A program made the position numbers and the translations under genes. The notes beneath the pieces were generated by a model that saw only the letters and a program-made list of their open reading frames with translations, did not search any database and was not told the DNA's origin. DNA of 64,000 nucleotides, from positions 224,001 through 288,000 of the forward strand of contig OY969926.1 in assembly GCA_963704645.1 (NCBI GenBank), in the 5' to 3' direction. Of this stretch, positions 13,276 through 23,739 are shown piece by piece. Every line of letters begins with the position of its first letter. Positions within the stretch are counted from its first letter, which is position 1. The stretch is from an uncultured bacterium (GTDB lineage Bacteria > Patescibacteriota > JACMRA01).

Positions 13276-14025
13276 TCACTTGTCAAGTAATATTTTGAAT
13301 TGAGTGTTAAACTTGTCTTTTAAACTTTGTAAATGTGTCTTTAAATACACATCTTTTGTCATTCCTTGACTAGCATTTTTTGTGTGAAACCTGTGAATAT
13401 GACTTACAAAATTTACATAAATTGGCATTTCTTTATGTAATAAAAACCTTGTATATAAATCTATATCCTCGGATCCAGCAAAATTTTCGTCCATACAACC
13501 TACTTTATTAAACAATTCCTTTTTAAAAATAGTGTTAAACTGTATAAAGTGATCACCCTTAAAAATTGATTTAAGCATATCTTCAGCACTATTAAAATTC
13601 CAGCTATAGTAATCTTGGCCAATTAAATACCTTCTATTTTCATCCATTCTCAAAAAATCTGCTACAAACCAATTTGTATTTTGATTTGCTTGAATTGCTG
13701 TTGCAAAATTATACAATGTTCTTTGTAGAATTATATCGTCGTCGTCTAAAACAAAAATCCATTCGTATTTTGCTTTTTCTATTGCTATATTTAAGGCTTT
13801 TTTTCTTCCAAAATTTTGCCCAAAGTCTAGATATGTACAGTCTATATCTTTAGGAACGTATTTATTCCAGACATCATATATCTCTTGTTTTCCGCTATCG
13901 TTTAAAAAAACTAATTCAAATTTAATATTTAACGGCTCATTTATAATTGCTTCAATGCTAGATAAAGTATCTTTTAAAAATTCTGGCTTAAAAGCTGTTG
14001 TTATAATTGAAATATTTGTACTCAT
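13276..14025 (-). CDS. Glycosyltransferase family 2
   Basis: ISIITTAF, FLNDSG, FVLDDDD (DxD), GSEDIDL. Confidence 0.92.
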   Translation of the reverse strand: MSTNISIITTAFKPEFLKDTLSSIEAIINEPLNIKFELVFLNDSGKQEIYDVWNKYVPKDIDCTYLDFGQNFGRKKALNIAIEKAKYEWIFVLDDDDIILQRTLYNFATAIQANQNTNWFVADFLRMDENRRYLIGQDYYSWNFNSAEDMLKSIFKGDHFIQFNTIFKKELFNKVGCMDENFAGSEDIDLYTRFLLHKEMPIYVNFVSHIHRFHTKNASQGMTKDVYLKTHLQSLKDKFNTQFKILLDK

Positions 14026-14148
14026 TATTTGTTTATATCATAAATGCAGGGTGGGGTCAAAAAATTGCTATATCTTGAAATTTGTGCTTCATAATGAGTA
14101 TTCTTTTGAAATATAGAGATGTATTTTAGTTTAGTTGGAGAATTTTAG

Positions 14149-14508
14149 ATGAATACTAACACTTCCTTAGAAAAACATAAAGTTTTGCTAGTTGAGGGTT
14201 ATTTACAGCGAATGTATATTGTACCACCTCGCCAAGAGCAAGCTTTTAGCCAAATTTTAATAGATGCAAAGTATGAACTTGTCTATATTAACTCTTGGGA
14301 TGTAAACCACAAAGCTTTGAATTTTTATAATCCCTACTTTAGGCTTATTCTTCAGTTGTTTTATACTATACTAACTGGAGAATCTAGTACAGATAATGCA
14401 CTTTCAGTCTCAATTCCAATTTTTATTGTATTGCATGCAGAAATGGTAGACGAACCAACCTTTGCTTTAATTTCACACCAATTTCAGGTGCTTTATTATA
14501 CTTTGTAG
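14149..14508 (+). CDS. Hypothetical protein (possibly a degenerate receiver-like fold)
   Basis: GGAG 8 nt before the ATG; KVLLVEG start. Confidence 0.45.
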   Translation: MNTNTSLEKHKVLLVEGYLQRMYIVPPRQEQAFSQILIDAKYELVYINSWDVNHKALNFYNPYFRLILQLFYTILTGESSTDNALSVSIPIFIVLHAEMVDEPTFALISHQFQVLYYTL

Positions 14509-14749
14509 ACAATAACTGAAGCCACTTACCCCTCCCTTGAGGCGGTATTTCTTTTTGGGGATATTTTGAAGGTTTATTGGTTTTAGATCCTGAAATAATT
14601 TCAGAATACAGCTCAACAAGTTTAGCATGAAAAATAAATTAATTTTGAAACAAAACAACACCCCAAAGGGTGCTTACACAAGTTTCTTTTAAAAATATAA
14701 GGATAATAATTGTATTTCTACGCTTGTACCTCGCAAGCTTCGCCGATAC

Positions 14750-14806
14750 GGGAGGACAAATCCTTCCCCTGCATAATTATTATGGCGACGCGGGGATCGC
14801 CCCTAC
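14750..14806 (-). repeat. Two tandem REP-like hairpins after the helicase gene
   Basis: Minus strand GTAGG-GGCGAT-CCCCGC-GTCGCC (14806-14784) and GCAGG-GGAAGGA-TTTG-TCCTCCC (14772-14750). Confidence 0.6.
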
Positions 14807-14811
14807 TGTTT

Positions 14812-16080
14812 TTACCTGCTTACTAGGGTGAAGGCTTTTCCGAATTTACCGGCTCTGCCTGTTCTACCAATGCGGTGAATGTAATCTTCGTAGCTCATTG
14901 GTTCGTCGTAGTTAACAACGAAGTTAATATCGCTAACGTCAATTCCTCTGGCTGCAACGTCGGTAGCTACCAAAACGTCAATTTGAGTTTGTCTGAATTT
15001 CTTCAAAGCAATTTCGCGGTGCTTTTGGGTTTTTCCACCATGAATGAAATCTGTAACATAACCGTTTTGCCCTAAATTAGAAGCAATCTGTTCAGCCATA
15101 ATTTGTGTATTTACGAAAACTAGGGTTTTGTTCTTTCCTTCAGCTCTTAAAATATCGAATAAGGCTTCCATTTTTTGGTCATGTCTGTTAACCATAATTG
15201 CTTGCTGATGAACGAATTGACTTGGCTTAGGCTGGTTCAATTGAATATAGTGAGCGTCTGAGGTAAGTCTGTTAATAGTAGGTTGAACTTTCTTGTCTAA
15301 AGTAGCAGAGAAGAACAAGTTTTGATGCTTTTCAGGAATGTTACTAAACAACAAGTTAATGTCATCAGAAAAACCCATGTCTAACATTCTATCCATTTCG
15401 TCTAAAACTACTGCGTCAACGTATTCAAGCTTCAAACAGCCACGGTTAAACAAATCTACTAAACGTCCTGGGGTTCCAATAATAAAGTGATTTGCTCTAC
15501 TTAGACCACGCATTTGAGGACCCATTGAAGCTCCACCAATACAAGTTTGAACGAAAATTCTTAACTTTCTTAAATCGAAGGCCATTAATTCTTTTTCAAT
15601 TTGCAAAGCAAGTTCACGTGTTGGGGCAACTATTAAATTAACCTGAGTTTGGTTATTTTTAGCGTGAGCAATAGTTTGTTCCAATAATGGAATTAAAAAT
15701 GCACCTGTTTTACCAGAACCAGTCTGAGATACAGCTACAATATCCTTACCAGATAAAACCACTGGGATAGATAGTGCTTGAATTTCTGTTGGACTTTCAT
15801 AGCCTCTAGTAATTAAAGATTCTAAAATTTCTGGAGCAAGATTTAAATCTTTGAAACTACCAAAGTCTTTTTTGTCTTCAATTATTGTAAGCTCAGCTTC
15901 ATTAACTGTTTGAGAGTATAAAGAAATATCTAATGTATCTCCTCTTCGTCCTCTACCTCTTCCGCCGCCACCACGACCAGAGTTAAAACCTGAACGGCCT
16001 CCACCAAAACTTCTTCCACCACCTCTATTAAAATTGGAGCGACCACCAAAGCCTCCTCCTGATTGAGAATTATAATTCAT
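14812..16080 (-). CDS. DEAD-box RNA helicase with an RGG-rich N-terminus
   Basis: Q motif, QTGSGKT, PTRELA, TPGRL, DEMD, SAT, HRIGRTGRAG; start moved to ATG at 16080. Confidence 0.95.
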   Translation of the reverse strand: MNYNSQSGGGFGGRSNFNRGGGRSFGGGRSGFNSGRGGGGRGRGRRGDTLDISLYSQTVNEAELTIIEDKKDFGSFKDLNLAPEILESLITRGYESPTEIQALSIPVVLSGKDIVAVSQTGSGKTGAFLIPLLEQTIAHAKNNQTQVNLIVAPTRELALQIEKELMAFDLRKLRIFVQTCIGGASMGPQMRGLSRANHFIIGTPGRLVDLFNRGCLKLEYVDAVVLDEMDRMLDMGFSDDINLLFSNIPEKHQNLFFSATLDKKVQPTINRLTSDAHYIQLNQPKPSQFVHQQAIMVNRHDQKMEALFDILRAEGKNKTLVFVNTQIMAEQIASNLGQNGYVTDFIHGGKTQKHREIALKKFRQTQIDVLVATDVAARGIDVSDINFVVNYDEPMSYEDYIHRIGRTGRAGKFGKAFTLVSR

Positions 16081-16319
16081 ATAAGTAAATAACGTTATTG
16101 CAGAACTAACCAAAGCAAAACAATAAGTTACTACTTCAATTTGTGCAATTGATTTAATTTAAATGAAGCTTTCAATTTTTGTAAAGGTAATTTGTGTAAC
16201 AACTAAATAATGCTAGTGATAATAAAGAAAATATTCTTCACCATGATACTTGCAATTATTAAAAAAATATGCATATATTAAAAAGATTTGGTAAAATAAA
16301 ACAATTATTTGGAGATAAA

Positions 16320-16649
16320 ATGATTAGAACAAAGCTAAATTCAGTTTTGATTCCGTTTTTTTTAGCTATCACTGCTTCTTTGCAAACCCCATTTATTGCA
16401 GATGCAGCTTCAAAGGCTGACCTAGAAGCTGGGAAAGCATTTATAGAAACTCTTGGGTTCTATTTCCTAACCTGCTGGGGTTTATCAAGTTTGATAATCT
16501 TAGGCTTGAGGACAATAGGCAAACAAAAAGAGTTTATACCATCTATTTTTTTTGCCCTTTTCTTTGGTCTTTTTGCAGGGTATGGCCTTGCTGCAAAAGG
16601 AATGATTTGGCTTTCTTTCATCATTGGAATCTTAGCATTAATGTTGTAA
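16320..16649 (+). CDS. Hypothetical membrane protein
   Basis: GGAG before ATG at 16320, signal peptide plus about 3 TM segments; shares a bidirectional terminator near 16655-16684. Confidence 0.6.
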   Translation: MIRTKLNSVLIPFFLAITASLQTPFIADAASKADLEAGKAFIETLGFYFLTCWGLSSLIILGLRTIGKQKEFIPSIFFALFFGLFAGYGLAAKGMIWLSFIIGILALML

Positions 16650-16683
16650 CACAAATAGCTCTCTTAAAATGGGAGCTATTTTT

Positions 16684-17052
16684 TTACAAAATTGTAACCA
16701 GCTTAACGGTAAAAACCAATGTTGAATTAGCAGGAATTAAACCTGGAATTTCACGTTCGCCATAGGCTAAATTAGAAGGAATAGTTAATTTTCTTTCACC
16801 TCCAACTTGTAAACCTTTTACATTTTCCAACCCAGTTCCTGTAATTCCCATATCCCACCCTTTAATTACTTGACCAACACCAATAGTAATATCTAACGGC
16901 TGATTTCTAGAATAAGAGCTATCAAATTCTGAACCATCTACTAAAGTTCCAACGTAATGAATTAAAATATCATCTCCAACTTTAACTTCCGGACCGGTTC
17001 CAACAATAATATCTTCTATAATTAAATCTGAGTTTGGGTTTGAATTAGGCAT
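16684..17052 (-). CDS. FKBP-type peptidyl-prolyl cis-trans isomerase
   Basis: HYVGTL..FDSS, GQVIKGWD, IPSNLAYG, IPANSTLVF. Confidence 0.95.
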   Translation of the reverse strand: MPNSNPNSDLIIEDIIVGTGPEVKVGDDILIHYVGTLVDGSEFDSSYSRNQPLDITIGVGQVIKGWDMGITGTGLENVKGLQVGGERKLTIPSNLAYGEREIPGLIPANSTLVFTVKLVTIL

Positions 17053-17176
17053 AAAAATTATTTATATAAAAGTTAAAACAGTCACAGCAATTTTGGCAAG
17101 AAGCTAAGGCAGTAAATTGGACATAAAAACTAAGCTTAGCTGTAATAAGAGTGTAATGTAGTGTGAGTGAGTTTTG

Positions 17177-17308
17177 ATGTTCAACTGGGGTTTGCTGCTA
17201 AGAGCCATCATAATTACTATATCAATAGTAGCTTATTCTCAAAATTCCAATGTTAATGCAGGTGATAGTAGCATTAAAGACAATTCAAGTTTAGTTAAAG
17301 ATAATTGA
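17177..17308 (+). CDS. Putative 43-aa exported peptide (not in the ORF track)
   Basis: MFNWGLLLRAIIITISIVAYSQNSNVNA.., followed by a hairpin near 17314-17341. Confidence 0.3.
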   Translation: MFNWGLLLRAIIITISIVAYSQNSNVNAGDSSIKDNSSLVKDN

Positions 17309-17395
17309 AACTTATAGGACTTCTTATTGAAGTCTTATTTTATTTCCCTAAACTCTCTTAAACTATTGTGAAAGAAAAATTTTGTAATTTAACTT

Positions 17396-18826
17396 TTAGC
17401 TCTCCCAACCACCGCTAAAACTGCCTGCCTTATCTGTTCTTTCATAACCGTGCTGACCAAAGTAATCACGCTGGGCTTGAATTAAATTGTGTCCACTTTT
17501 ACTGTATAATAAAGCTTTTAGGTAATTAATACTTGATGTAAATACAGGATTGCTTACAAAAATATTTTGCTGATTAAACATTTTTTCTAAGTTAATACTT
17601 GCAAGTAAATTTGAGTGTAGAGCGTCTTGTAAAAGCTGTTTATTATTAAGAAGATTGGGAATTTCCTGCAGCCATTTGCTTCTAATTATGCATCCACCCT
17701 GCCAAATTCTAAGTACTTCTTCAATATTAATTCCCCAAGAATATTCTTTTTCTGCAGCTATAATTAAGTCTATACCTTGCAAATAGCTTGTTAAGAAAAT
17801 GGTTTCCAAGTAAACTTTCAATTCATCAACTTCCAAGTTAAAAGCTGTTTCTGCCACATCTTCCTGTATTATTTCCACATCAAAATTATACGGGTGATTG
17901 CTTTGAATTCTAGCATTTAAAGCTTCAAAAATATTTGGTACAGCCACGCCAAGTTCCAAAGCTGCTTCTACAGTCCATTTCCCTGTTCCCTTAGCTCCAC
18001 TTTTAGGAATTATAAGATCAACTAAACTTGTTTTTGAGTGATATTTGGCTTTAAGAACTTCGGTAGAAATTTCCAAAAGAAAACTAGAGTTAAAACCAGT
18101 GTTTAATTGATTAAAAATACCAGATATTTCTTCATTTGGTAATTGTGTTTGTTTTAAAATAGAATAAACTTCAGCAATTCCTTGCATTATTGCGTATTCA
18201 ATACCATTATGAACCATTTTTACAAAGTGTCCTGCTGGGTTTTTACCCAAATAAGCAACGCAGGGATTTCCGTCAAAATCTTTAGCTGCAATTTTTTCAA
18301 GTATTGGAAGAATTAAATTTGCACTTTCTTCGTTACCACCAAGCATTATACTTGGCCCAGTTAAAGCACCTTCAGCCCCTCCGCTTATACCACAACCTAG
18401 GAAGTGAATAATTTTTTCAGAAATAATTGGCTCGTCACCGTCTGCAAAATCTAGGGAATCTTCTAAAATAATTTCTCTTGTAATTGTATCTTGCCAGTTT
18501 GAATTACCCGCATCTATAACAATGTCGTTATTTGATAGAAGTGGATTTAGTTCAGCTAAAAGTTCGTCTACAGGGTCACCGCTTTTTACTAAAAGAATAA
18601 TTTTTCTTGGCATTTCCAAACTTTCAACAAATTTTTCTAAGCTTTTAAACCCAATTAAATTTTTAGAATTTTCCAACCCATCTATTTTTTTAGATAAATT
18701 CAAAAGGTCTTGAGTACGCTGATAAGTTCTATTGAATACAGAAATTGTGAAGCCATTATTAGCTATGTTTCTTGCTAAATTACCACCCATTGTTGAAAGC
18801 CCAATTAAGCCAATATTGTTTAACAT
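17396..18826 (-). CDS. gndA: 6-phosphogluconate dehydrogenase, decarboxylating
   Basis: GLSTMGGNLA, IDAGNS, GISGG, GHFVKMVHNGIEY, KGTGKWT, QAQRDYFGQH. Confidence 0.96.
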   Translation of the reverse strand: MLNNIGLIGLSTMGGNLARNIANNGFTISVFNRTYQRTQDLLNLSKKIDGLENSKNLIGFKSLEKFVESLEMPRKIILLVKSGDPVDELLAELNPLLSNNDIVIDAGNSNWQDTITREIILEDSLDFADGDEPIISEKIIHFLGCGISGGAEGALTGPSIMLGGNEESANLILPILEKIAAKDFDGNPCVAYLGKNPAGHFVKMVHNGIEYAIMQGIAEVYSILKQTQLPNEEISGIFNQLNTGFNSSFLLEISTEVLKAKYHSKTSLVDLIIPKSGAKGTGKWTVEAALELGVAVPNIFEALNARIQSNHPYNFDVEIIQEDVAETAFNLEVDELKVYLETIFLTSYLQGIDLIIAAEKEYSWGINIEEVLRIWQGGCIIRSKWLQEIPNLLNNKQLLQDALHSNLLASINLEKMFNQQNIFVSNPVFTSSINYLKALLYSKSGHNLIQAQRDYFGQHGYERTDKAGSFSGGWES

Positions 18827-18920
18827 AGTATTATTTTATGATTTCAATTTGTAACTACATAGCTTATTTGTCAATGTTAATTGCGCATAAAAAAACTGAC
18901 CAATTTGGCCAGAATTAAGA

Positions 18921-19361
18921 TTATTCAAAATTGTTAGGATACACCTTTTTAAATTCCTCAAAAAGTTCCAATAGATTTTGGCTAGCAGAAAAATATACTA
19001 AAAACTGTGTTTTACCAACAATATCCACATACGAACTGTAGCATGGGTAGTTAGCAAGTAATTCATCTAATAAATTGTAAACAACAAACTGAATATTAAA
19101 GTATTCTGCAGCATTACTATTCGCCAAAATTATACCATGAGGAGAGGGCTCGCCCATAAAAAAATCTGACTTGGCAATTAATGCCTCTGTTAAAATATAA
19201 CTTGGAGACCTAACGGTGCCAGATGCGACAAGACTTAACTCATCCACTACTTGCTGAAAGGTTTGGAATATTATAACCTCGTAATTAGAGATCCCCAATT
19301 TACCAATCTCAATTCTAAGATCAGTTATAAGCTTGGAAGAAACAACCCAAATCATCTCCAT
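18921..19361 (-). CDS. Hypothetical protein (possibly a degenerate receiver-like fold)
   Basis: 146-aa ORF, beta/alpha pattern, own TTGACT promoter-like site. Confidence 0.5.
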   Translation of the reverse strand: MEMIWVVSSKLITDLRIEIGKLGISNYEVIIFQTFQQVVDELSLVASGTVRSPSYILTEALIAKSDFFMGEPSPHGIILANSNAAEYFNIQFVVYNLLDELLANYPCYSSYVDIVGKTQFLVYFSASQNLLELFEEFKKVYPNNFE

Positions 19362-19429
19362 AATTGCAACCTAAAGGAACAATTTACTCCATATATACCT
19401 AAATTCAACTTAAGTCAAGCTGCTTTATT

Positions 19430-19831
19430 CTACTGAATATTAGATGTATCCATCCAGAAGGCTTCCCATAAATGGCCGTCTAAATCTTGAAAAGATCTTG
19501 TGTACATAAAACCTTTGTCATCTGCAGGGTTATATTCGGTAGCACCTAAACTTACTGCCTTATTAACAATATCATCAACTTCATGCTTTAAATTAAAGGA
19601 AATGGCATTTATTACTTCAATTTTATTAGGTTCAGAAATATCTTTGTCTGCTATAAAAGTTTTAAAGAAAGGTTTAACCAGCAACATTACAAAAATGTTA
19701 GGCGCTACTATCATGCAAGTTGCATTTTCGTCTGTAAATTGTGGGTTAAAAGTAAAACCAAGTTCTGTAAAAAATTGAATAGTCTTTTGCAAATCTTGCA
19801 CGTGTAAGTTAACGAAAATGTTGGTAGGCAT
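19430..19831 (-). CDS. VOC/glyoxalase family protein
   Basis: IFVNLHV, FNPQFTDENATCM, FMYTRSFQDLDGHLWE. Confidence 0.9.
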   Translation of the reverse strand: MPTNIFVNLHVQDLQKTIQFFTELGFTFNPQFTDENATCMIVAPNIFVMLLVKPFFKTFIADKDISEPNKIEVINAISFNLKHEVDDIVNKAVSLGATEYNPADDKGFMYTRSFQDLDGHLWEAFWMDTSNIQ

Positions 19832-19943
19832 AATTTTTAATTAGAGTATAATTTGTTTATTTTATAATGTATATTGGAATAAAAACACGTGTTTTAAATT
19901 TTTTTTGTGGTTTATAATTAATTTATAGTAGCTGATTCAAAAC

Positions 19944-20387
19944 CTATTCAGCCGCTTTTTCTAAATCGGCAATGATAATTTTATGCATTTTAAGTAAAGC
20001 TTGCATTACTGCTGTAGATTTTGATGAATCTGGGTTAGACATTAGTTTGCCCAGCACATTTGGCACAATCTGCCATGAAAGCCCGTACTTGTCTTTTAAC
20101 CAACCGCATTGGCTTTCTTCACCTCCGTCTGCTGTAAAGCTTTCCCAATAATAATCTATTTCTTCCTGAGTTCCTACAGCCACAAAAAAGGATATTGCTT
20201 CCGTAAATTTGAATTGTGGCCCAGCGTTTAAAGCAAAAAACTGTTGACCCTCAAGCTCGAACACACTCATCATTGGGCCTGAATTAATAACCTTAGAATT
20301 TTTGAAAACTGTTGTGTAAAACTTAGTTGCTTCTTCGGCTTGATTGTTGAACCACAAAAATGGAGTGATAGTTGGAGATATAGTCAT
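19944..20387 (-). CDS. VOC family protein (PhnB/3-demethylubiquinone-9 3-methyltransferase-like)
   Basis: ITPFLWF, QCGWLKDKYGLSWQIVP. Confidence 0.92.
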   Translation of the reverse strand: MTISPTITPFLWFNNQAEEATKFYTTVFKNSKVINSGPMMSVFELEGQQFFALNAGPQFKFTEAISFFVAVGTQEEIDYYWESFTADGGEESQCGWLKDKYGLSWQIVPNVLGKLMSNPDSSKSTAVMQALLKMHKIIIADLEKAAE

Positions 20388-20439
20388 ATTTTCAAGTTGA
20401 TTAGGAAATCTAGAGTTTTGTGGTTTGTTATAAGAAAGT

Positions 20440-20856
20440 TTAAGTCTCGGTCTCTACGTAATTTTTAAAGTTATCTAAAATGCTTTGCCATCCAGATTGT
20501 TGTAGTTCTACAGAATTTTCATCTTCAGTTTCAAAAGTTTCAGCAACTTCAACTTGGCCATCAACTTCTTGAAAAGATACAGAAACTTTTCTACCATCTC
20601 CTAATTCATAACTAACTCTAGAAGGTTCATTTATTTCTAGGTATTTTCCCTCAAAATTGAAACCCGCAGAACCGTCTTTAGCCGCCATAGCATAAGTGAA
20701 TTTACCACCAACTTCTAAATTATTTTCTGCTGAGGTACATTCCCAATCTTGGGAAGCAAAATTCCAGTTTACAACATGCTTTGGATTGTTCCAGCATTCC
20801 CACACTTTAGAAATTGGAGTAGATATTTTGGTGTGTACAGTAATTGATGTAAGCAT
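20440..20856 (-). CDS. SRPBCC/AHSA1 family protein
   Basis: WNFASQDW, AKDGSAGFNFEG, QQSGWQSILDNFK. Confidence 0.9.
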   Translation of the reverse strand: MLTSITVHTKISTPISKVWECWNNPKHVVNWNFASQDWECTSAENNLEVGGKFTYAMAAKDGSAGFNFEGKYLEINEPSRVSYELGDGRKVSVSFQEVDGQVEVAETFETEDENSVELQQSGWQSILDNFKNYVETET

Positions 20857-20900
20857 AAATTGTATAAGTTTAGTGTTTTTATTTGCTTTAGTTTAGAATT

Positions 20901-21392
20901 TTACCTCCATGTTGCTAATATTATTCCACTAATTGTAAGAAATAGAATTTGATAGGAAGCGTCAATTAAAAATAACCTTAAGCTCTTTCTTTGATACAAA
21001 TAATTAATTCCAATAGAAGTAGCTGCGAAGAATATACCGTAGAATAAGCCTTTTGAAGCTCCTACTTGCCAGTTAAGTTCGTGATGAGCGGCATATTCCT
21101 GAAGTGTTAATGCCAAAGCGAAAGACATTAAAAGCATTAGAAATAAACTACCACCGTAAACAACAGCTGCATTATCATCTGCATTTTTGGAAGAAACAGC
21201 ATTATTATTACCCTTGTCTGAGTTGCTATTATTTGAAGACGGACGTCCATCATCACCTATGCCTGTATCTTCTTGCCATGGCTTTGCAAATAAAGCCGGA
21301 CTGTACCATAAAGCACCTATTGCGAAACTAACCAACCCTGCCAATATAATTGCTCCATAGTTTAATGTTGATAAATTAATGTCTGGAGTCAT
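20901..21392 (-). CDS. DUF1761-like membrane protein
   Basis: GALWYSPALFAKPW, LFLIDASY, 4 TM segments. Confidence 0.8.
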   Translation of the reverse strand: MTPDINLSTLNYGAIILAGLVSFAIGALWYSPALFAKPWQEDTGIGDDGRPSSNNSNSDKGNNNAVSSKNADDNAAVVYGGSLFLMLLMSFALALTLQEYAAHHELNWQVGASKGLFYGIFFAATSIGINYLYQRKSLRLFLIDASYQILFLTISGIILATWR

Positions 21393-21546
21393 ATGAAAAA
21401 AATATTAAAATTATTGAAATTGAAGCTAGTTACTGCCTAAGGAAAGCTTAAACTCATAAAAACCTGTTTTTGTCAATGCTAGAAGCTAAAAGAGCTTAAA
21501 TAAGTTTGCAGAAAGAAAAAATCTTTGGCAGCTTTCAAATACTATA

Positions 21547-23085
21547 ATGATAATTTATTGGCATAAGCACGATTTTAGATTGTTTGATAACCAGGCCTTA
21601 AACACTGCTATAGAACTTGCTAAAACTAACAACACTTTCTTTGTACCAATTTTAGGTATGGAAACCAATTTGGTCGAAAACCCAGAAACCGCTTACGAGC
21701 ATTCCTTGTTCCAACAGTTCGGATATTTCAGTAGTATTATTCCGCTGTATCAAAATTATATTCATCATGGGATTACTCCGGTTTTGTTTAATAATTCGGT
21801 TATAGAGTTACTGGAAAAAATGAAGGGTTTGTGGAAAATTACTCATTTAGTTTCATATCAAGAACACGGAACCAGCGGCACTTGGAAAAGAGACAAGCAA
21901 GTGGCCAAGTTCTGTAAAATAAATAACATTAAATGGGTTGAATTACCACCAAGCAGTATTAAAAGAGGAACTTTAAACCGAGACGAACGAGACAAAATAT
22001 TTAAAAGTTACGTTAATAGCAAAGTTTTGCCAGTTCCAAAGTTTGAGGCGGAGTCTCAAGTCAACACAAGCCCTATCGACGAAGCTTTTAGTGTTAGTAA
22101 TTCCATCATATTCGCTGAGTTTTCTAAGAAAAAGCTTGAAATTCAAAACCAATTTAGTCTGGCTGAAGTTTCGGAAAAAGAGGCATTACAAACATTGCAG
22201 AGCTTCACTAAAACTCGGTCAAAGTATTATAGGGGAGGTATTTCCAGCCCAAATTCTGCTTTAATTCACGGTTCAAGATTGTCTCAGTTTTTAACTTTCG
22301 GAAGTTTATCATTACGGTTTGTATACCATTATTTTTGGAAGGAAATTAAACAAAGTAACGATTCCAAAATTCGTTCTGGTATTTTAGCAGCTATTCAAAG
22401 ATTGCACTGGCGGGAGCATTTTATTCAAAGGCTGGAGACAGAAGCTAGCATGCCAGATAAAGCTATAAACAAAGATTTTAACGAAATTATTTATAGTAAT
22501 AGCCCAGAATTCTTTGAAAAATTTAAAACAGGAAACACAGGGGAAGTTTTAGTAGACGCTTGCATTAGATGTTTATTAAAAACAGGTTTTGTTAATTTCA
22601 GAATGAGAGCCATGTTAATTTCCTACGCCATTTTTGGCCTAGATTTAGACTGGAGACAAGTAGGGCGTTTTCTAGCCACAGTTTTTTTAGATTACGAACC
22701 AGGAATACACTGGAGCCAAGTTCAAATGCAATCGGGAATTACTGGAATTAATGTTATAAGGGTTTATTCTCCGCGCAAGCAACTTTTGGACCAAGACCCA
22801 GAATGTGTATTCGTAAAAAAATGGCTACCAGAACTAGCCGAAATTGACCCTGAAATAATAAAACAATACCCGAAGATTTCTTTATTTGATGTTACTGATG
22901 GGAAGTACCCAAACCCAGCTGTTGATTTTAAGCAAGCTTCTAAGGTTAATAAATTCAAGACTTTTGGGGTTAGGAAGGAATCGAGCAAGGATGTGGCCAA
23001 AGCTGTTTATTTGAAGCATGGCTCTAGGCGAAAGATGAGGAAGGCCAAGGTGGTGGAGAATGGTGAGACTGTGCCTTTGATGTAG
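21547..23085 (+). CDS. Cryptochrome/photolyase family protein (canonical domain order)
   Basis: YWHKHDFRLFDNQAL, SRLSQFL, NFRMRAML, FLDYEPGIHWSQ, DQDP, C-terminal KHGSRR. Confidence 0.9.
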   Translation: MIIYWHKHDFRLFDNQALNTAIELAKTNNTFFVPILGMETNLVENPETAYEHSLFQQFGYFSSIIPLYQNYIHHGITPVLFNNSVIELLEKMKGLWKITHLVSYQEHGTSGTWKRDKQVAKFCKINNIKWVELPPSSIKRGTLNRDERDKIFKSYVNSKVLPVPKFEAESQVNTSPIDEAFSVSNSIIFAEFSKKKLEIQNQFSLAEVSEKEALQTLQSFTKTRSKYYRGGISSPNSALIHGSRLSQFLTFGSLSLRFVYHYFWKEIKQSNDSKIRSGILAAIQRLHWREHFIQRLETEASMPDKAINKDFNEIIYSNSPEFFEKFKTGNTGEVLVDACIRCLLKTGFVNFRMRAMLISYAIFGLDLDWRQVGRFLATVFLDYEPGIHWSQVQMQSGITGINVIRVYSPRKQLLDQDPECVFVKKWLPELAEIDPEIIKQYPKISLFDVTDGKYPNPAVDFKQASKVNKFKTFGVRKESSKDVAKAVYLKHGSRRKMRKAKVVENGETVPLM

Positions 23086-23182
23086 TTAGCTTCTAGTTTT
23101 AATTAATCCAGAACATCAAAAGTTATAATTTAATGAAAAAGAACCTAACTATATTTCAAGTTAAGTTCTTTATATTTAGAAG

Positions 23183-23605
23183 TTACAGACTTGCAAACCA
23201 AGTCTCATCAAAACCAGTATGTCTCGTATCATCATAAAAGACTTGGTGACCATTTTCTTCGGCAAAATCAATTAGATCTGAAATTGAGACATCCATCACT
23301 GATGAGGCTCGAATAATTACCTTATCTTCGCCAACAATTTCCCTTAGATCCTGTAAAGTTCCATTCCAACGAAACATGTTTGAACTTTTTTCAGTGCTTC
23401 GATTCCAATATTTATCCCCATCATCTGGAGGGGTAAACAAAACGCCTTCACCAGTATCTAAAATAAGATTATTAGCAGCTAGCAACTTAAACACTTTAGT
23501 TCTATCAAAGTCGAGAGCACTATGAATAGAAACATAGTGTGGCGGGAAAAGAATTAACTTAACAACTTTTCCAGGGGAGTTTAAACCATTATTCATCGTC
23601 TTCAC
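23183..23605 (-). CDS. Hypothetical protein, paralog of 34335-34733
   Basis: Shared KVVKL.LFP, FRWNGT, KVIIR.SS, GHQVFYD, F...WF. Confidence 0.75.
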   Translation of the reverse strand: MKTMNNGLNSPGKVVKLILFPPHYVSIHSALDFDRTKVFKLLAANNLILDTGEGVLFTPPDDGDKYWNRSTEKSSNMFRWNGTLQDLREIVGEDKVIIRASSVMDVSISDLIDFAEENGHQVFYDDTRHTGFDETWFASL

Positions 23606-23739
23606 ATTAAATAAATTTACATCAGACTTTTTAAACTATGCATAATTCGTTGTAGTATGCAAGCCTGTGGTTTTGGCTCCCAAATTGAAGTGTTGCTTTA
23701 AATTTAAGATTGTTCCTTTGTGACTAAGGCGGGATGTAT

